Below are positions 25,843-34,117 of a stretch of DNA of 64,000 bases, piece after piece. Position 1 is the stretch's first letter. The number at the start of each line of letters is the position of its first letter. The notes under the pieces are model-generated. The model was not told the DNA's origin. It saw nothing but the letters and a program-made list of their open reading frames with translations, and searched no databases. Location of the stretch: the NCBI GenBank assembly GCA_036389395.1, contig DASVPY010000087.1, positions 1,774-65,773 on the forward strand, given 5' to 3'. This DNA comes from Pyrinomonadaceae bacterium. GTDB lineage: Bacteria > Acidobacteriota > Blastocatellia > Pyrinomonadales > Pyrinomonadaceae. Position numbers and translations under genes: made by a program.

Positions 25843-26123
25843 GCAGTAGGCAGAAGCCAGAAGCCAGAAGCCAGAAGCCGGTCGCGCGGTACTCGTTTTA
25901 TCGAGTGCCGCGCGACCGGCTTCTTTTCTGACCTCTAGCTCAGTTTGCGGTTGCCTGTGCCCGAAGGCCATTTCAACACAGAGGACACAGAGGGGGCACA
26001 GAGGACACAGTTAAGAACTCTGTGTACTCTGTGTCTCCTCTGTGTCCTCTGTGTGAGACCGGCCAACCGTTACAGTCAACCACCGCCCGTCTGAGCTTCT
26101 GACTCCTGACTCCTGACTCCTGC
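25843..26123. repeat. Composite element: outer CAGAAGCC x4 / CTGACTCC x3 arms enclosing a terminator hairpin and a CACAGAGG palindrome (25975-26054)
   Basis: ggcagtaggcagaagccagaagccagaagccagaagcc at 25843-25880 is complementary in word type to gcttctgactcctgactcctgactcctgc at 26094-26123. Confidence 0.75.
25874..25927 (+). terminator. Rho-independent terminator after the LTD-protein gene
   Basis: 22-bp stem gaagccggtcgcgcggtactcg / cgagtgccgcgcgaccggcttc (one G-U pair), loop tttta, then ttttc. Confidence 0.7.
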
Positions 26124-26124
26124 T

Positions 26125-27480
26125 TTATCCCCTCAACACCGGCCGCGCCTCCGTGCCGCGGACGTAGGGGCCGAAGCGGCGGTGGGTGGACATGATGAAG
26201 GCGTGCGTGCTGTGGCGCGCGGCGTTGCCGTGCGTGGCCTTGAGGCGGATGAAGCGGCTGAAGGCCGTCCAGCCGTAGTAGTAGCCGTCGCGGCAACTGA
26301 CGAGCACGTCCGCGACGTGATGGACGCGCGGGCTGTGCATCGCGTCGTAGAGGTTCGCCAGCGCGTCCGGGTAATCGTGCCCGCCCGTGCGCGCGAGCCA
26401 CACATCGTTAGCGGCGAAGCCGTCCGCGTCCAACTCGCCCGCGTCGCGCATCACGCGCAGCGTCTCGCCGAGCGCGAGCGGGTCGCCGTCCAGCGGCTCG
26501 TAACTGAAGCGCACACGCGCCCCGCCGTCGGTCGCGCGCCGCACGCGCGCCGCGCCCCCCGCGCCGCGGACGACGATGGCGTCCGCGCCGTCGCGGTACA
26601 TGGCGAAGTCCACGCCTTCGAGCGGCGCGACGGTGGCGGCGACCTCCGCCGGGTCGGTCTCGGCGGCGCAGAAGATGGCGGCGAAGCCGATCAGCCCGAA
26701 CGCGGGCAGCGCGACGCTGCGCGGGCCTGCGCCGCGCAAGACGGGGCGCAACTCGTAGCCCGCGCGTTCGAGGTGCGTGCGCAGGTGCACCTTGCGCACC
26801 TCGCCCATGCTCATGCCGTGATCGGAGAACATGACCAACTCGGTCTCCTGCCCGCACCACGCGCGCAACTCGCGCAAGATCGCGTCGAGCGATTCGAGCG
26901 CGGGCCGGAGCCGTTCGGGGCCGCGGATGTGGAGCAGCCCGTCCGTGCCCTTGAGGAAGGCGAAGTAGTCGCGGTCGCGCGGCGCGGCGCGGAAGCGTTC
27001 GCGGAAGCGGCGCATGTCCGCGCGCCACACCGCGTCCGGCGCGACGTAGACCAGGAACTCGAACGGCAGAGGCTCCTGGTAGTCAAGCTCGTCCATGTAG
27101 GACGAAGGCATCTTGTCGGGCGTGCGCCGGCCCACGTACTTGTGGACGCCGCCGCGCACCTCGCGCGCCTCGCGGTCGAAGTAGACCGTCTCGTAGCCGA
27201 GCGGCGCGCTGGCGTTGAGCATGGTGGCGAGCGCGATGTTGGTCATCGTGGGGAACGGCGAGATCAGCGCCGACGGCTCGTTGAAGCCGGCGAACAGCCC
27301 GCGCCCCTGCGCCGCGCGCATCAACTCAAGCGGCACGCCGTCGAGACACAACAGCAGCCGGCGCGGTCGTTCCTGCCCGACGCCGGGCGCGCGGTCGAGC
27401 GCGTGCGCGTGGACGCCCGCTCCGGCGGCGTGCGGCGCGGGTTCACAACAGGTCAGCCCCGGTTCGTCAATTTTCATCAT
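26125..27480 (-). CDS. Alkaline-phosphatase-superfamily protein (nucleotide pyrophosphatase/phosphodiesterase-like)
   Basis: 451 aa. LLLCLDGVP..., FPTMTNIALATML, VMFSDHGMS metal/nucleophile-type motifs. Confidence 0.7.
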   Translation of the reverse strand: MMKIDEPGLTCCEPAPHAAGAGVHAHALDRAPGVGQERPRRLLLCLDGVPLELMRAAQGRGLFAGFNEPSALISPFPTMTNIALATMLNASAPLGYETVYFDREAREVRGGVHKYVGRRTPDKMPSSYMDELDYQEPLPFEFLVYVAPDAVWRADMRRFRERFRAAPRDRDYFAFLKGTDGLLHIRGPERLRPALESLDAILRELRAWCGQETELVMFSDHGMSMGEVRKVHLRTHLERAGYELRPVLRGAGPRSVALPAFGLIGFAAIFCAAETDPAEVAATVAPLEGVDFAMYRDGADAIVVRGAGGAARVRRATDGGARVRFSYEPLDGDPLALGETLRVMRDAGELDADGFAANDVWLARTGGHDYPDALANLYDAMHSPRVHHVADVLVSCRDGYYYGWTAFSRFIRLKATHGNAARHSTHAFIMSTHRRFGPYVRGTEARPVLRG

Positions 27481-28831
27481 TTTCCTTCTTCGCCTCGGGC
27501 CGGCGGTACGGCTCGCGCAGACCCCGCTTCGCTTCGGCCTGCGAGTCGTAGACGTTCGGCCGCGCGAGCACGTCCTTGTACTCCGTGAGTGCCTCGTTGC
27601 GCTTGCCCGCGAGGTCGAGCGCCTGGGCGGCGCGCAGCCGGGCCATCGTCGCCAGGTTCGCCTCCGCGCCGGGTAAGGCCGCCGCGGCCAAAAACTCCTT
27701 CGCCGCGCGCTCGGTCTGCCCGGCGGTGAACAGCGCCTCGCCGTATTGATAGTGGATCAGATCGAGCTGGCGCGCGGCCGCGGTGCGCGTGTCGCGGTCG
27801 CGCAGCATCGCGTCGAAGATGCCGAACGCTTCGCGCTCGTAGTCGGCGACGGCGGCGGCGTTCTTCTTCTCGCGCTCGGCGGCGGCCAGCGAGGCGAGCG
27901 CGTCGGCCGTCTCCAGCCTGAAGATGTAGTTGCGCGGGTAGGCGGCCGACAGCTCGCGCGTGATGGCGAGCGCGTCGGCGAAGCGGCCCTCGCGCTTGTA
28001 GAGCGGGATGAGCAGAATCTTCGCGTCGTTGCGCGCCCACGCGCCTTCGCGCGTCACCTGTTCGAGCGCGGCCAGCCCTTTCTTCTTCGAGCCGCGATGC
28101 CCGGTCACCCCGGCGACCACGCGGAAGGGGAACGGCAGCCCGCCGAGCACGTAGTCGTACATGCCGAGCGTGACGCGCGCGTCGGCGTAGTTGGGATCGA
28201 TCTTCAACACGGCGCGGTGCTTGTCCACGGCGTCCGAGCCGTCGCGCAGCGCGGCGACGAAGCGGCGCTCGACCGCGCCCTCGAACGAAGCCTTCAAGCC
28301 TTGCGTCGCGCCGAGGAAGTAGAGCGCCTCGGCGTCGCGCGGGTTCTGCCTGAGCCGCGCTTCGGCGAGTTGCTTGGCGGTGCGCGTCCAGTCGCGGAAC
28401 TGCGCGACGATCTTCGGGTCAACCTTCTCCTCCGACTTCGCGTAGAACGACTCGGAGTTATAAAGCGACGACTGCAAGCGGCGCGACTTGTTCAGCGTCT
28501 CGATCCACAGGCTCGCGGCGAGGAACTGCGTCCCCGCCGGGTGATCCGGGTAGGCGTCGGCGAGTTCTTTAAACTTGCGCCGCGCGGTCTCGTAGTCGAG
28601 GCTGTAGAGCGCGTCGAAGCCGGCCTTGCGCAGCTCGTCGAAGCGCGCGCGGTCGGCCGGCGCGGCCGGCTTGACGCCGTCGCCGCCGCCCGCCGGCTGC
28701 AACTGCGCCGCCTGCGTCTGCCCGTGCGCGAGGCCGTAGACCGCCAGCACGATCACCAGCAGCACGACGAACCCGTGCAGCCAGATCAAAAACTTGCCCA
28801 ACCTGTAGCGCCCCAACTTCGCTCCCAACAT
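27467..28831 (-). CDS. Membrane-anchored TPR-repeat protein
   Basis: 454 aa. N-terminal TM (FLIWLHGFVVLLVIVLAVYGLA). TPR-like A/Y/L periodicity. Overlaps the downstream gene by 14 bp. Confidence 0.7.
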   Translation of the reverse strand: MLGAKLGRYRLGKFLIWLHGFVVLLVIVLAVYGLAHGQTQAAQLQPAGGGDGVKPAAPADRARFDELRKAGFDALYSLDYETARRKFKELADAYPDHPAGTQFLAASLWIETLNKSRRLQSSLYNSESFYAKSEEKVDPKIVAQFRDWTRTAKQLAEARLRQNPRDAEALYFLGATQGLKASFEGAVERRFVAALRDGSDAVDKHRAVLKIDPNYADARVTLGMYDYVLGGLPFPFRVVAGVTGHRGSKKKGLAALEQVTREGAWARNDAKILLIPLYKREGRFADALAITRELSAAYPRNYIFRLETADALASLAAAEREKKNAAAVADYEREAFGIFDAMLRDRDTRTAAARQLDLIHYQYGEALFTAGQTERAAKEFLAAAALPGAEANLATMARLRAAQALDLAGKRNEALTEYKDVLARPNVYDSQAEAKRGLREPYRRPEAKKENDEN

Positions 28832-28902
28832 TCAAGCACCTCGCACTCAAGAAGTGGCTAATTCCCTTTTGCCCTCTTCGCGCCGTTTGCGGTTAAGGCT
28901 TG

Positions 28903-29325
28903 CTACTCGCGCGGCGCGAGGATGAGGGTGGCGACCAGGAGCACGCCCGCGAGGATGCCGCAGCTGATCCCGACGATCTTGCCCGCGCGCGTGTTCGTAA
29001 AGTCCCTGACCGCGCTCTGCAAGGACGGCGTCGGGCGCACCTTCTCGACCTGCGCGTACTCGACGGTCGTCGCCGCGTTCGTCTTCTCGTCGGTGACGGC
29101 GAAGTGGTCGTCCGTGATCTCGCTGACGTAGCCGGCGAGCTTCGTCTTGTCGCGCAGCTTGACCTCGACCTTGGCCCGCGTGCCCGTGCCGAGATCGGCG
29201 ATCTGCTTCTTCACCTTCGCGATCCGCTTCGCGTCCTTGTCCTGCTGACGCGCCGCCACCGGCGCGGCGCACGCCAGGTTCAGCACCAGCCCCGCCAGCG
29301 CGACCATGAATAACTTCTTGAGCAT
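28903..29325 (-). CDS. Small exported protein with a C-terminal TM helix
   Basis: 140 aa. Signal peptide MLKKLFMVALAGLVLNLACA. C-terminal ISCGILAGVLLVATLIL. Confidence 0.6.
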   Translation of the reverse strand: MLKKLFMVALAGLVLNLACAAPVAARQQDKDAKRIAKVKKQIADLGTGTRAKVEVKLRDKTKLAGYVSEITDDHFAVTDEKTNAATTVEYAQVEKVRPTPSLQSAVRDFTNTRAGKIVGISCGILAGVLLVATLILAPRE

Positions 29326-29352
29326 TCGTCCTACGTTCCTTTGTCGTTCAGA

Positions 29353-30543
29353 TTAACCGCCGTAACTCTCCAGATACTTCACGCCCGCGCCCGTGTTGAA
29401 GAGGACGACGCGCTCGTCCCGATCAACTCGGCCCGCCGCCAACAACTGCTTGAGCGCGGGCAGGCAGGCCGCGCCTTCGGGCGCGCAGAACAACCCTTCG
29501 GCCGCGCCGATCTCGCGCGTGGCGGCGAGCAACTCTTCGTCCGTGACGGCGACGGCCGTCCCCCCGGAGGCGCGCAGGGCGTCGAGGATCAAAAAGTCGC
29601 CGATGGCTTTCGGCACGCGCAAGCCCGAGGCGGTCGTCGCGGCGTTCGGGAACTCGGCCGCGAAGCGTTGCCCCTCGTCGAAGGCGCGGACAATCGGCGC
29701 GCACCCGCTCGCCTGCACCGTGACCATGCGCGGGCGCTTCGCGTCGATCCAGCCCAGCCGCTCCATCTCGTCGAACGCTTTCCACATGCCGATGAGGCCC
29801 GTGCCGCCGCCGGTCGGATAGATGATCACGTCGGGCAGCGTCCAGTCGAGTTGTTCGGCCAGCTCGTAGCCCAAGGTCTTCTTGCCTTCGACGCGGTACG
29901 GCTCTTTCAAAGTCGAAACGTCGAACCAGCCTTCCGGCCCTTTGCGCCGCGCGACCTCCGCGCCGCAGTCCGTGATGAGACCGGGCAGGAGCGCGACGTG
30001 CGCGCCCGTCTGCTCGCACTCGACGACGTTGGCGCGGGGCGTGTCGGCCGGCATGAAGATGTGCGCTTCGAGACCGGCGCGGGCGGCGTAAGCGGCGAGC
30101 GCGCCCGCGGCGTTGCCGGCCGAGGGCACGGCCAACTTGCGCGCGCCCAGCGCCAACGCCATCGAGACGGCCGCCGTCATGCCGCGCGCCTTGAAACTCT
30201 GGGTCGGGTTCTGCCCCTCGTCTTTGATGAAGAGGTGCGCGAGACCGAGTTGCGCGCCGAGCCGTTGGCAGCGCAGGAGCGGCGTCCAACCTTCGCCGAG
30301 CGAGACGATGTGCTCGTCGCGCTCGACGGGCAGCACTTCGCGGTAGCGCCAGAGGTCGCCGCGTCGCCCTTTCAATGTCTCTTTTGTCAAAGTGCGCGCG
30401 GCCTGTTCCAAGTCGTAGCGCACGAGCAGCGGCTTGCCGCACGACTCGCAGAGGTTGTGCAACCGGCGTGCCTCGTGCTCGCGGCCGCACGCCGCGCATT
30501 CCAGATGGGTCACGTACATCGGCGGGTCTGTCCTTTCTGTCAC
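29353..30543 (-). CDS. thrC: Threonine synthase
   Basis: 396 aa. N-terminal Zn-ribbon CAACG...CESCG. PLP-lysine motif [11 protein letters not shown]. Confidence 0.9.
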   Translation of the reverse strand: MTERTDPPMYVTHLECAACGREHEARRLHNLCESCGKPLLVRYDLEQAARTLTKETLKGRRGDLWRYREVLPVERDEHIVSLGEGWTPLLRCQRLGAQLGLAHLFIKDEGQNPTQSFKARGMTAAVSMALALGARKLAVPSAGNAAGALAAYAARAGLEAHIFMPADTPRANVVECEQTGAHVALLPGLITDCGAEVARRKGPEGWFDVSTLKEPYRVEGKKTLGYELAEQLDWTLPDVIIYPTGGGTGLIGMWKAFDEMERLGWIDAKRPRMVTVQASGCAPIVRAFDEGQRFAAEFPNAATTASGLRVPKAIGDFLILDALRASGGTAVAVTDEELLAATREIGAAEGLFCAPEGAACLPALKQLLAAGRVDRDERVVLFNTGAGVKYLESYGG

Positions 30544-30545
30544 CG

Positions 30546-30639
30546 TCTTTGCGGCCCTTTGCTCTCTTTGCGTCCTTTGCGGTTAAGGCCGAAAACTTTA
30601 ACCGCAAAGGACGCGAAGCGGGCCGCAGAGGACGCGAAG
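30546..30639. repeat. CCGCAAAGG-family palindrome with a GCGGTTAAGG...TTTAACCGC core
   Basis: tctttgcggccctttgctctctttgcgtcctttgcggttaagg / tttaaccgcaaaggacgcgaagcgggccgcagaggacgcgaag. Confidence 0.85.
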
Positions 30640-30796
30640 TATGATACGCCCGCCACGCGCCGCCCGTCAGGTGGAGTGTTACTGCTGCACCCCGGCGCGG
30701 AGATAAAACGAGAGGGTCGCCGGCCCGGCTATAGCTCCGGGGCGGCGACCCTCGCGGCAGAACGTTTGGGGTCGGGGAGTTTCGGCTCGCGCCGTG

Positions 30797-32008
30797 TTAG
30801 TTCACCTCGCGCATGAACCAGGCGAGGATCGGGTGCTCGACCTCCTGCATGTGCTTGGTGGAGAAGACGTGATCGACGTGCCCGTAGTCCGCCTTGTAGT
30901 CCACCGTGACGCTCGCGTTCGTCAGCAGTTCTTTCGTGTCCAGCATCTCAGGCCCGAAGCCGCGCCCGCCCGCGAGCATGAGGACGGGGCCGTCGAAGCT
31001 CTGTAGGTTGTCCGTGTAGGTGCGCTCCCCGGCGAGGCTGCAACTCACGTCGCGCACCGTGCGCGTCGCCACGTAGTCCACGAAGACGGCGATGTTGGCG
31101 TGTACCAGCGCCTCGTCGGCGTAGGTGAACTTGTCTTCGGCGACGCTGCCGGCGAGGAAGGCGTAGCCGGGGCGCGGCGTGGTCGGCGTGACGGGCGGGG
31201 CCGTGAGCGCCGCGACCCAAGCGCGGTGGTTGGTGAAGCCGGCGGGGAAGCCGGGCAGCGGCGTCGGCGCGTTCGGGGCCGTCTCGGCCAAGTAGCTGAG
31301 CAGCTTGAAGCCGGGCGTGTTCTGCCCGTCGTAGTAGACGCCGTTCGCCAGTTGGTTGTCGAAGAACGAGCAGAAGCCCGCGTTGATGGCGCGCTCCTCG
31401 GCGTTCGTGGTGTAGAGCGTGCCTTCGATCAAGACGGCCCCGGCGTAGTCCTGCGGGTGCGCGTTGATGACGGCGACCGAGGCGATGCTGCCGAGCGAGA
31501 GACCGCCGACCACCGGCCGCTCGCCGGGGTGCGCCGACTCGATCTGCTGGCGGATGTAGGCCACGTCGCCGAGGATGGTCTGCATCCCCCAGTTGGCCAT
31601 CGCGGAGCAGTCAACCGCGCCGCTCTCGCACGAGCCGGCGGTCAAGCCCTGCACGCGCTGCGAGTAGCCCCACACGTCGAAGCCGCGGCGCGCGAAGAAG
31701 CCGACGAAAGACTTGTCGTAGTCGCCGCCGTCGCCGACCTCGTAGTTCTGGAAGCCGCTGCCCAAGGGCGGCAGCAGCAGGAGCGTGCCCCTGTGTGCGT
31801 GCCCCGGCGCGTGCTTCGTGACGCGGCTGACGAGGAAGCGGTCGAGCGGATTCGTGCCCACCTGGACGGTGGTGACGGTCTTCGTCAGGTCGTTGGCGAC
31901 GGTCGAGGTCTCGGTACCGACGATCTGGTAGGTCTGGGCGAAAGTAAGGCGCGCGCACGACAGCAGCGCGAGCAGGAAGAAGGCTCTGAGCGTCAGCTTG
32001 ATGATCAT
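30797..32008 (-). CDS. Secreted alpha/beta-hydrolase
   Basis: 403 aa. Signal peptide. Nucleophile elbow GGLSLGS. Fold-typical spacing. Confidence 0.7.
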   Translation of the reverse strand: MIIKLTLRAFFLLALLSCARLTFAQTYQIVGTETSTVANDLTKTVTTVQVGTNPLDRFLVSRVTKHAPGHAHRGTLLLLPPLGSGFQNYEVGDGGDYDKSFVGFFARRGFDVWGYSQRVQGLTAGSCESGAVDCSAMANWGMQTILGDVAYIRQQIESAHPGERPVVGGLSLGSIASVAVINAHPQDYAGAVLIEGTLYTTNAEERAINAGFCSFFDNQLANGVYYDGQNTPGFKLLSYLAETAPNAPTPLPGFPAGFTNHRAWVAALTAPPVTPTTPRPGYAFLAGSVAEDKFTYADEALVHANIAVFVDYVATRTVRDVSCSLAGERTYTDNLQSFDGPVLMLAGGRGFGPEMLDTKELLTNASVTVDYKADYGHVDHVFSTKHMQEVEHPILAWFMREVN

Positions 32009-32238
32009 CGTTCTCGTCTCACTTTCCGTAGCAGGGGGTTTTAAGGATCGCGCAACGGTGGCGGCCCGAGGCGGCCGCGCCGTTCCGTGCGTCAGGAATG
32101 ACTCTGCCAGCTAACGCGCAAATGACTCGTTAGGGGGATCACGCGGCGACGAAATTTTTTCGCCGCGCGCCGGCCCGCGCCCGACGACGCGCCTGTTGCG
32201 CGCGCACGGCCTCGGTGCTAGAGTCGGGGCCACCGACG

Positions 32239-33111
32239 ATGCCCATCCGTTTGCTCGCGCTCGATCTGGACGGGACGCTGCTCGACTCGCACGGGCGGCT
32301 GTCCGCGCGCAACCGGGTGGCGCTGGCGGCGGCGCGCGCGCAGGGCGTCCGCGTCGCGCTCGTCACGGGCCGGCGCTTTCGCGACGCGCGCCCGCTCGCG
32401 CTCGAACTAGGCATTGACGTGCCGGTCATCGCGCACAACGGCGCGCTCACCAAGCACGCGCGCACGCTCGAAACCGTCGCCGCCTTCCCGCTGCCGCTAG
32501 CGGCGGCCCGCGCGGTCCTGCGCTTCGGGCGCGCGCACCGCGTAGACCCGCTCGTGAGCGACGACGCAGACGGCGCGGGTCTCCTCGTCTACGACAGCTT
32601 GAACGAGGCGAACCGCCCGCTCGTCGAGTACATCGCGTGGGCGCGGCGCATCCACGGCGACGAGGCGGAGCAGGCGGTCGTGCGCGTCGCGTCGCTCGAA
32701 GAATACTTGGATCACCCGCCCGTCCACATCGCCTTTTCGGGCACGGACGAGCAGATGTTGCGCCTGAGCGAAGTGCTGCGGCGCGAGCTGGCGGGCCTCG
32801 TCCGGCTGATGGTCACGGTCTACCCGGCCAAGCGGTTCGGGCTGATCGACGTGATCCACCCAGACGTATCGAAGGGCACGGGGCTGGCGGCCGTGGCGCG
32901 CGAGTACGGCCTCGCGCCCGCGGACGTGATGGCCGTGGGCGACAACCACAACGACGTGGAGATGCTCGGCTTCGCCGGCACGCCCGTCGCGGTCGCCAAC
33001 GCCGAGCCGGCCTTGCGCGACCTGGCCGGCGTCCACCTGACTGCTTCGAACGACGACGACGGCGTGACCGTCGCCATCGAAGAGTTTATTTTAGGAGAGA
33101 GGTCAATGTGA
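32239..33111 (+). CDS. Cof-type HAD-IIB phosphatase
   Basis: ATG at 32239. DLDGTLL motif I, later VGDNHNDVEML motif. About 290 aa. Confidence 0.85.
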   Translation: MPIRLLALDLDGTLLDSHGRLSARNRVALAAARAQGVRVALVTGRRFRDARPLALELGIDVPVIAHNGALTKHARTLETVAAFPLPLAAARAVLRFGRAHRVDPLVSDDADGAGLLVYDSLNEANRPLVEYIAWARRIHGDEAEQAVVRVASLEEYLDHPPVHIAFSGTDEQMLRLSEVLRRELAGLVRLMVTVYPAKRFGLIDVIHPDVSKGTGLAAVAREYGLAPADVMAVGDNHNDVEMLGFAGTPVAVANAEPALRDLAGVHLTASNDDDGVTVAIEEFILGERSM

Positions 33112-33212
33112 GTTCAAAGTTCAACGTTCAACGTTCAAAGTCGGGCGTTGAACCTTGAACCTTGAACTTTGAACCTTGAACTTTTACTGACCTCTGACCT
33201 CTAACCTCTGCC
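33112..33212. repeat. GTTCAAC/GTTCAAG palindrome followed by CTGACCT words
   Basis: gttcaaagttcaacgttcaacgttcaaag / cgttgaaccttgaaccttgaactttgaaccttgaac, then ctgacctctgacctctaacctctgcc. Confidence 0.85.
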
Positions 33213-33228
33213 TTCAAAGGAGCAACCA

Positions 33229-33717
33229 ATGGGCAACCGCATCGCGAACATCAGGACGAACAAGGGCACGATCCGCTTCGAGTTGTTGGAGGAGGACGCG
33301 CCGAAGACGGCGGAGAATTTCCGTCTGCTGGCCGAGCGCGGCTACTACAACGGCGTGGTCTTCCACCGCGTCATCAAGGGCTTCATGATCCAGGGCGGCG
33401 ACCCGACGGGCACGGGGCGCGGCGGCGAGTCCGCCTGGGGCGGGCGCTTCAACGACGAGATCGACCGCAGCTCAAACCTCTACCGCGGCGCGTACACGAA
33501 GGGCACGGTGGCGATGGCCAACGCCGGGCCGAACACCAACGGCTCGCAGTTCTTCATCATGCACGCCGACTACCCGCTGCCGCCCTCCTACTCCAAGTTC
33601 GGGCGCGTCATCGAGGGCCAGGACGTGGTGGACGCCATCGCCACCACCCAGACCGACCGCTCCGACCGCCCCGTCCAGCCCGTCGTCATGGAGGAAGTCA
33701 CGATAGAGCAGGGATGA
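33229..33717 (+). CDS. ppiB: Cyclophilin-type peptidyl-prolyl cis-trans isomerase
   Basis: 162 aa. FHRVIKGFMIQGGDP and GTVAMANAGPNTNGSQFFI motifs. Confidence 0.9.
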   Translation: MGNRIANIRTNKGTIRFELLEEDAPKTAENFRLLAERGYYNGVVFHRVIKGFMIQGGDPTGTGRGGESAWGGRFNDEIDRSSNLYRGAYTKGTVAMANAGPNTNGSQFFIMHADYPLPPSYSKFGRVIEGQDVVDAIATTQTDRSDRPVQPVVMEEVTIEQG

Positions 33718-33857
33718 GGGAGGAAGGACTGAGGAGTCAGGAGCCAGGAGCCAGAAGCCGGAAGCCGGAAGGAGGAATGCGGACGAGCGCCCGCCTTCTT
33801 CCCTTCTGGCTTCTGGCTCCTGACTCCTGGCTCCTGTTCTTATTTCTCCCTCATCCC
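33711..33857. repeat. Palindrome of CAGGAGC/CAGAAGCC/GGAAGCC words; outer arms GGGATGAGGGAGG / CCCTCATCCC
   Basis: The left arm starts inside the ppiB stop region. The right arm ends at ...ttatttctccctcatccc. Confidence 0.85.
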
Positions 33858-34117
33858 TTAATTCTATTGCGCCCGCGCGCCCCGATCCGTTAATCTAGTT
33901 TGTGGCTGTCCGGCCGCGGGCGGCGGCCCGTATTCCTCTCCGTCGCTGCCCCGCCTGTACGCTGCTGAACGCCTGTAGCGTCAGGCTTCGTCGCCCAATC
34001 AACGTCCCGGTCGCGCCCGTCCGCCCCGCACGGGCCCGAGCCGCGAACACTGCTCCGCGCCGGGGTCGCCGCGCGTCCGCCGACTCTGCGCCGCGCCCGG
34101 CCCGCCGCTTTCAGTCA

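Noticed and set aside
25843-25880. Tandem CAGAAGC heptamers and other word arrays considered as CRISPR or a VNTR array.
   Set aside because: The units are 7-9 nt with no unique spacers of constant length. The arrays are always paired with a complementary arm. There are no cas genes in the window.
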